64,000 nucleotides of DNA. Source: a bacterium. GTDB lineage: Bacteria; CLD3; SB21. Where the stretch lies: the NCBI GenBank assembly GCA_013360215.1, contig JABWCP010000001.1:215144-279143 (forward strand), in the 5' to 3' direction. Below the pieces are notes generated by a model, which saw only the letters and a list, made by a program, of their open reading frames with translations, was not told the DNA's origin and ran no database searches. The stretch's first letter is position 1, and each line of letters starts with the position of its first letter. Shown piece after piece: positions 61,222 to 64,000 of the stretch. The position numbers and the translations under genes are program-made.

Positions 61222-61968
61222 TTACGCCTTTGCGCTCGCCGTAATACGCCGGACGCCCGCCTCGATTTTTTTGAAAATTTTTTCTCGTTTTTCAGTACTT
61301 TCGTCTTCCGGGACAGTCAAAGCCAACACGCAGTCACCATGCGCGCTACCGATGAGTTTGGCCTCAACCATAAGTTTGGCCTCACCAATGATAACAGGTT
61401 GAATCATATGCGAATCGGTAAATCCTTGTCCTACGGCTACATTCATTGCTTGGATGACATTACGGAGCGAATCGCCCGACAACACGCGGGAACCGACCGT
61501 TTTGATTGGGTGCTTTTGAATGTCATACAGTCCGGCGGCCGCATAATGATTTTCATTAATATGATACATCAGCAGCATCAGAATTCCTTCTTCATTTTGT
61601 TGTGAACGCTGCTTACGGCGATCAAAACAACTGCGGATAACCTCAATCTGAGCGCGTAATTTATTGCCTGCGCATACCGGATGTGAAACAAAACATGATC
61701 GTCCGCGGCAAGTATCAATGGGTTCGCCACAAAGTTGGCCGCGCCAATACTCCGTGGTCGGCATCATGTGCGATGTGATCATTTCGCGCGTTATCGGCTT
61801 ACCTGCTTCGTCGCGCCCGATGTAAAGCGCCGCATCCCACATAAATTCTTGAATGTCTGATAATTGATACGGATTAGCTTTTGCAATAACTTCGTCAAAA
61901 GCTGTTTTACTATAAACCGATTTTATCAGATTTACTTTAAATTCGCGTGATAAACCTTCCTGTGGCAT
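61222..61968 (-). CDS. Hypothetical protein with a four-Cys cluster
   Basis: Lies in the operon between gpsA and ispG; contains C-X6-C-X4-C-X6-C. Confidence 0.7.
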   Translation of the reverse strand: MPQEGLSREFKVNLIKSVYSKTAFDEVIAKANPYQLSDIQEFMWDAALYIGRDEAGKPITREMITSHMMPTTEYWRGQLCGEPIDTCRGRSCFVSHPVCAGNKLRAQIEVIRSCFDRRKQRSQQNEEGILMLLMYHINENHYAAAGLYDIQKHPIKTVGSRVLSGDSLRNVIQAMNVAVGQGFTDSHMIQPVIIGEAKLMVEAKLIGSAHGDCVLALTVPEDESTEKREKIFKKIEAGVRRITASAKA

Positions 61969-62002
61969 ATTGATTTCCTTGTTTCTGCCTTGTTAAAGAG
62001 GC

Positions 62003-63019
62003 TCAGGCTTCCGATTTGGATTCGCGCGTCATCAGATCATATACCGCCGCGCGCGGATCTTTATTTTCAAATATAACACGGTATACCTGTTCTATAATGG
62101 GCATTTCTATGCCGTGTTTTTGAGCTAACGCATAAGCCGCTTTGGCTGTCTTAACGCCTTCGGCAACCATTTTCATGGAGGCTAAAATTTCTTCGAGTTT
62201 TTTTCCTTGTCCTAATTGAATACCGACGCTGCGATTTCGACTCAGATCACCGGTGCATGTCAGAACCAAGTCTCCCATGCCCGAAAGACCCAAAAAGGTC
62301 ATCTCTTTGGCTCCCATTTTTTTTCCGAGACGCAATATCTCCGCAACACCTCGCGTTATGAGCGCCGCACGAGTATTATGCCCATAACCAAGCCCATCAC
62401 TGATGCCCGCCGCAATGGCGATAACATTTTTGAGCGCACTCGCCAGTTCCGATCCGACAATATCATCCGTTGTGTATACACGAAAACGCTCACTGGAAAA
62501 AATTTTCTGGCAATATTGAGCAGCGGACGGATTTTTAGAAGAAATCGTAACGGCCGTCGGCGCACCGAGTGCCACTTCGCGTGCAAAACTCGGTCCCGAT
62601 AAAAAGGCCAGTTGACTGTGTTTTGATGGTGGAATAATCTGAAGCAATAATTCCGACATGGTCAACAAAGATTCATTTTCAATTCCTTTGGTACAATTGA
62701 GAATGATCGCATCGTCTTCCAAAAAAGGAACGGCACGCTGCATGACGTCTCGCGTTGCATGGGATGGATTAACCTGCAAAACCAGTTTTTTACCACGCAC
62801 AGTTTGCTGTAAATCAGATGTAGCCGTCAGACTATTAGGTAAAACGACACCCGGTAAATAGGTTTTGTTTTCCCGTTGGGTCTGCATGTATTCAGCGGCT
62901 TGTGCATCATGTGCCCAAATTGTAACAGGATAACCGTTACGTGCCAAATGAATAGCCATGGCTGTCCCAAAACTTCCACCGCCAATCACACCGACTTCTA
63001 CTAATTCTTTTGTATTCAT
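62003..63019 (-). CDS. gpsA: NAD(P)H-dependent glycerol-3-phosphate dehydrogenase
   Basis: Motifs GGGSFGTA, TKGIE, SGPSFA, LKNVIAI and GDLVLTC..SRN. Confidence 0.96.
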   Translation of the reverse strand: MNTKELVEVGVIGGGSFGTAMAIHLARNGYPVTIWAHDAQAAEYMQTQRENKTYLPGVVLPNSLTATSDLQQTVRGKKLVLQVNPSHATRDVMQRAVPFLEDDAIILNCTKGIENESLLTMSELLLQIIPPSKHSQLAFLSGPSFAREVALGAPTAVTISSKNPSAAQYCQKIFSSERFRVYTTDDIVGSELASALKNVIAIAAGISDGLGYGHNTRAALITRGVAEILRLGKKMGAKEMTFLGLSGMGDLVLTCTGDLSRNRSVGIQLGQGKKLEEILASMKMVAEGVKTAKAAYALAQKHGIEMPIIEQVYRVIFENKDPRAAVYDLMTRESKSEA

Positions 63020-63161
63020 GAGGAAAATATAGTATACGTTGTTTATTATATCAAGACTTATTAAAACACAAATTTTACAATAAGTTAGTTTTAACTTGAA
63101 TTTTTATTGTATCGGTAATACTTTTCCCATGTTCAAGCACTTTTCTTAGGAGAAATATTTG

Positions 63162-63719
63162 ATGAAAATTTATCTCGAAGCCGGAGTCGGCTTCCAATCC
63201 GGAACAGACGCGTATGGTAATGAAATTACCGGCTCATCTAACACAGAGTTAACCGTAAAATATTTACAAGAATATTTAAACAACCAATCTGACATACGGG
63301 ATCGAAAAACGGAAGTAATAACCACCTCCAACGCCGCCACCGTACTTGAAACGATGCAACCTGAAGATATTTTTTTGACCGTACATCTAAATTATTACAG
63401 GCAATCCCAAGGTGTGGGCTTACGCGGGTTTTATCGCAGCTCCCGTAAGCTTAATTCCGAAAAGTGCAAAGCTTTGGCTATTACTGTTACCAAAGCATTG
63501 CATGATCACACGGACGTATACTATCACGGCGTCTTCAATGAGCAACGAAATAATAAACCTCAACTCGAACCGATTTTGTCTACTAAAGCTACAGCCGCTT
63601 TGGTAGAAGTCGGTTTTAATGATGATTTTAAAACAAAATCACAATCTGAAATGTTGCATAAAAATTTAGCAGAGGGTTTAGGTAAAGGTTTAGTTCGTCA
63701 CATAAACGCTATACGCTAA
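63162..63719 (+). CDS. Amidase_3-fold protein, probably catalytically degenerate
   Basis: IYLEAGVG in place of xDPGHG; FLTVHLN and ALVEVGF retained. Confidence 0.65.
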   Translation: MKIYLEAGVGFQSGTDAYGNEITGSSNTELTVKYLQEYLNNQSDIRDRKTEVITTSNAATVLETMQPEDIFLTVHLNYYRQSQGVGLRGFYRSSRKLNSEKCKALAITVTKALHDHTDVYYHGVFNEQRNNKPQLEPILSTKATAALVEVGFNDDFKTKSQSEMLHKNLAEGLGKGLVRHINAIR

Positions 63720-63826
63720 AAGTGACCATAAGACAAAAAAACTGTATTATTGTATTAGTATAATTACAATTGGATAGGTCACTTTCCTTTGACAAAAGTC
63801 GACTTAAAGTTCATTTTAATAAATAC

Positions 63827-63855
63827 TTGACATTGCACCAATAATCATTTATTTT
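63827..63855 (+). promoter_or_regulatory. Sigma70-type promoter
   Basis: TTGACA, 17 nt spacer, TATTTT. Confidence 0.5.
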
Positions 63856-63954
63856 TTCTCAAATTACCGTCTTAATAGCTTAATAGCTTAAATCAAGAAT
63901 TATACTGATTAATATTAAAATTTATTTATAAACATCCGAAATTCGGAGGAATGT

Positions 63955-64000
63955 ATGTTGCGTAAAAAATTGATTTGGCTGAGTATGTTAATGGCAACTT
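63955..64000 (+). CDS. Start of an exported protein, truncated by the window end
   Basis: GGAGGA RBS, then MLRKKLIWLSMLMAT (signal-peptide-like). Confidence 0.6.
   Translation, partial: MLRKKLIWLSMLMAT

Overview
Bacterial chromosomal window, mostly housekeeping genes. Gene content and protein families (DUF4175, TamB, Omp28-like and DUF4249-like lipoproteins, long IspG) suggest a diderm of the FCB/Calditrichota-like assemblage; this is inference only. No rRNA, tRNA, CRISPR, transposase or integrase was seen. It carries asd-metB-metY, topA, purQ, gdhA, three REC-DUF4388 regulators, prmA, ppx, hutU, pruA, a MacAB-TolC efflux system, tamB, pyrD, ppk1, a divergent rsgA, ispG and gpsA. Four things stand out. 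(1) An unannotated Met/Cys-rich leader peptide (2054-2155, -) with terminator and antiterminator sits directly upstream of a SAM-I riboswitch controlling metB-metY, and a second candidate leader-peptide attenuator precedes asd. (2) A 2.85-kb integrase-free island of two lipoprotein genes is bracketed by a ~248-bp direct repeat of the convergent purQ/TSUP 3' ends and carries a (TGGAT)12 microsatellite in its leader. (3) A predicted exported protein has an extremely acidic EDDGCS repeat tract. (4) Several proteins are degenerate or extended paralogs, and a DinB/VOC/AlkC operon has a palindromic operator.
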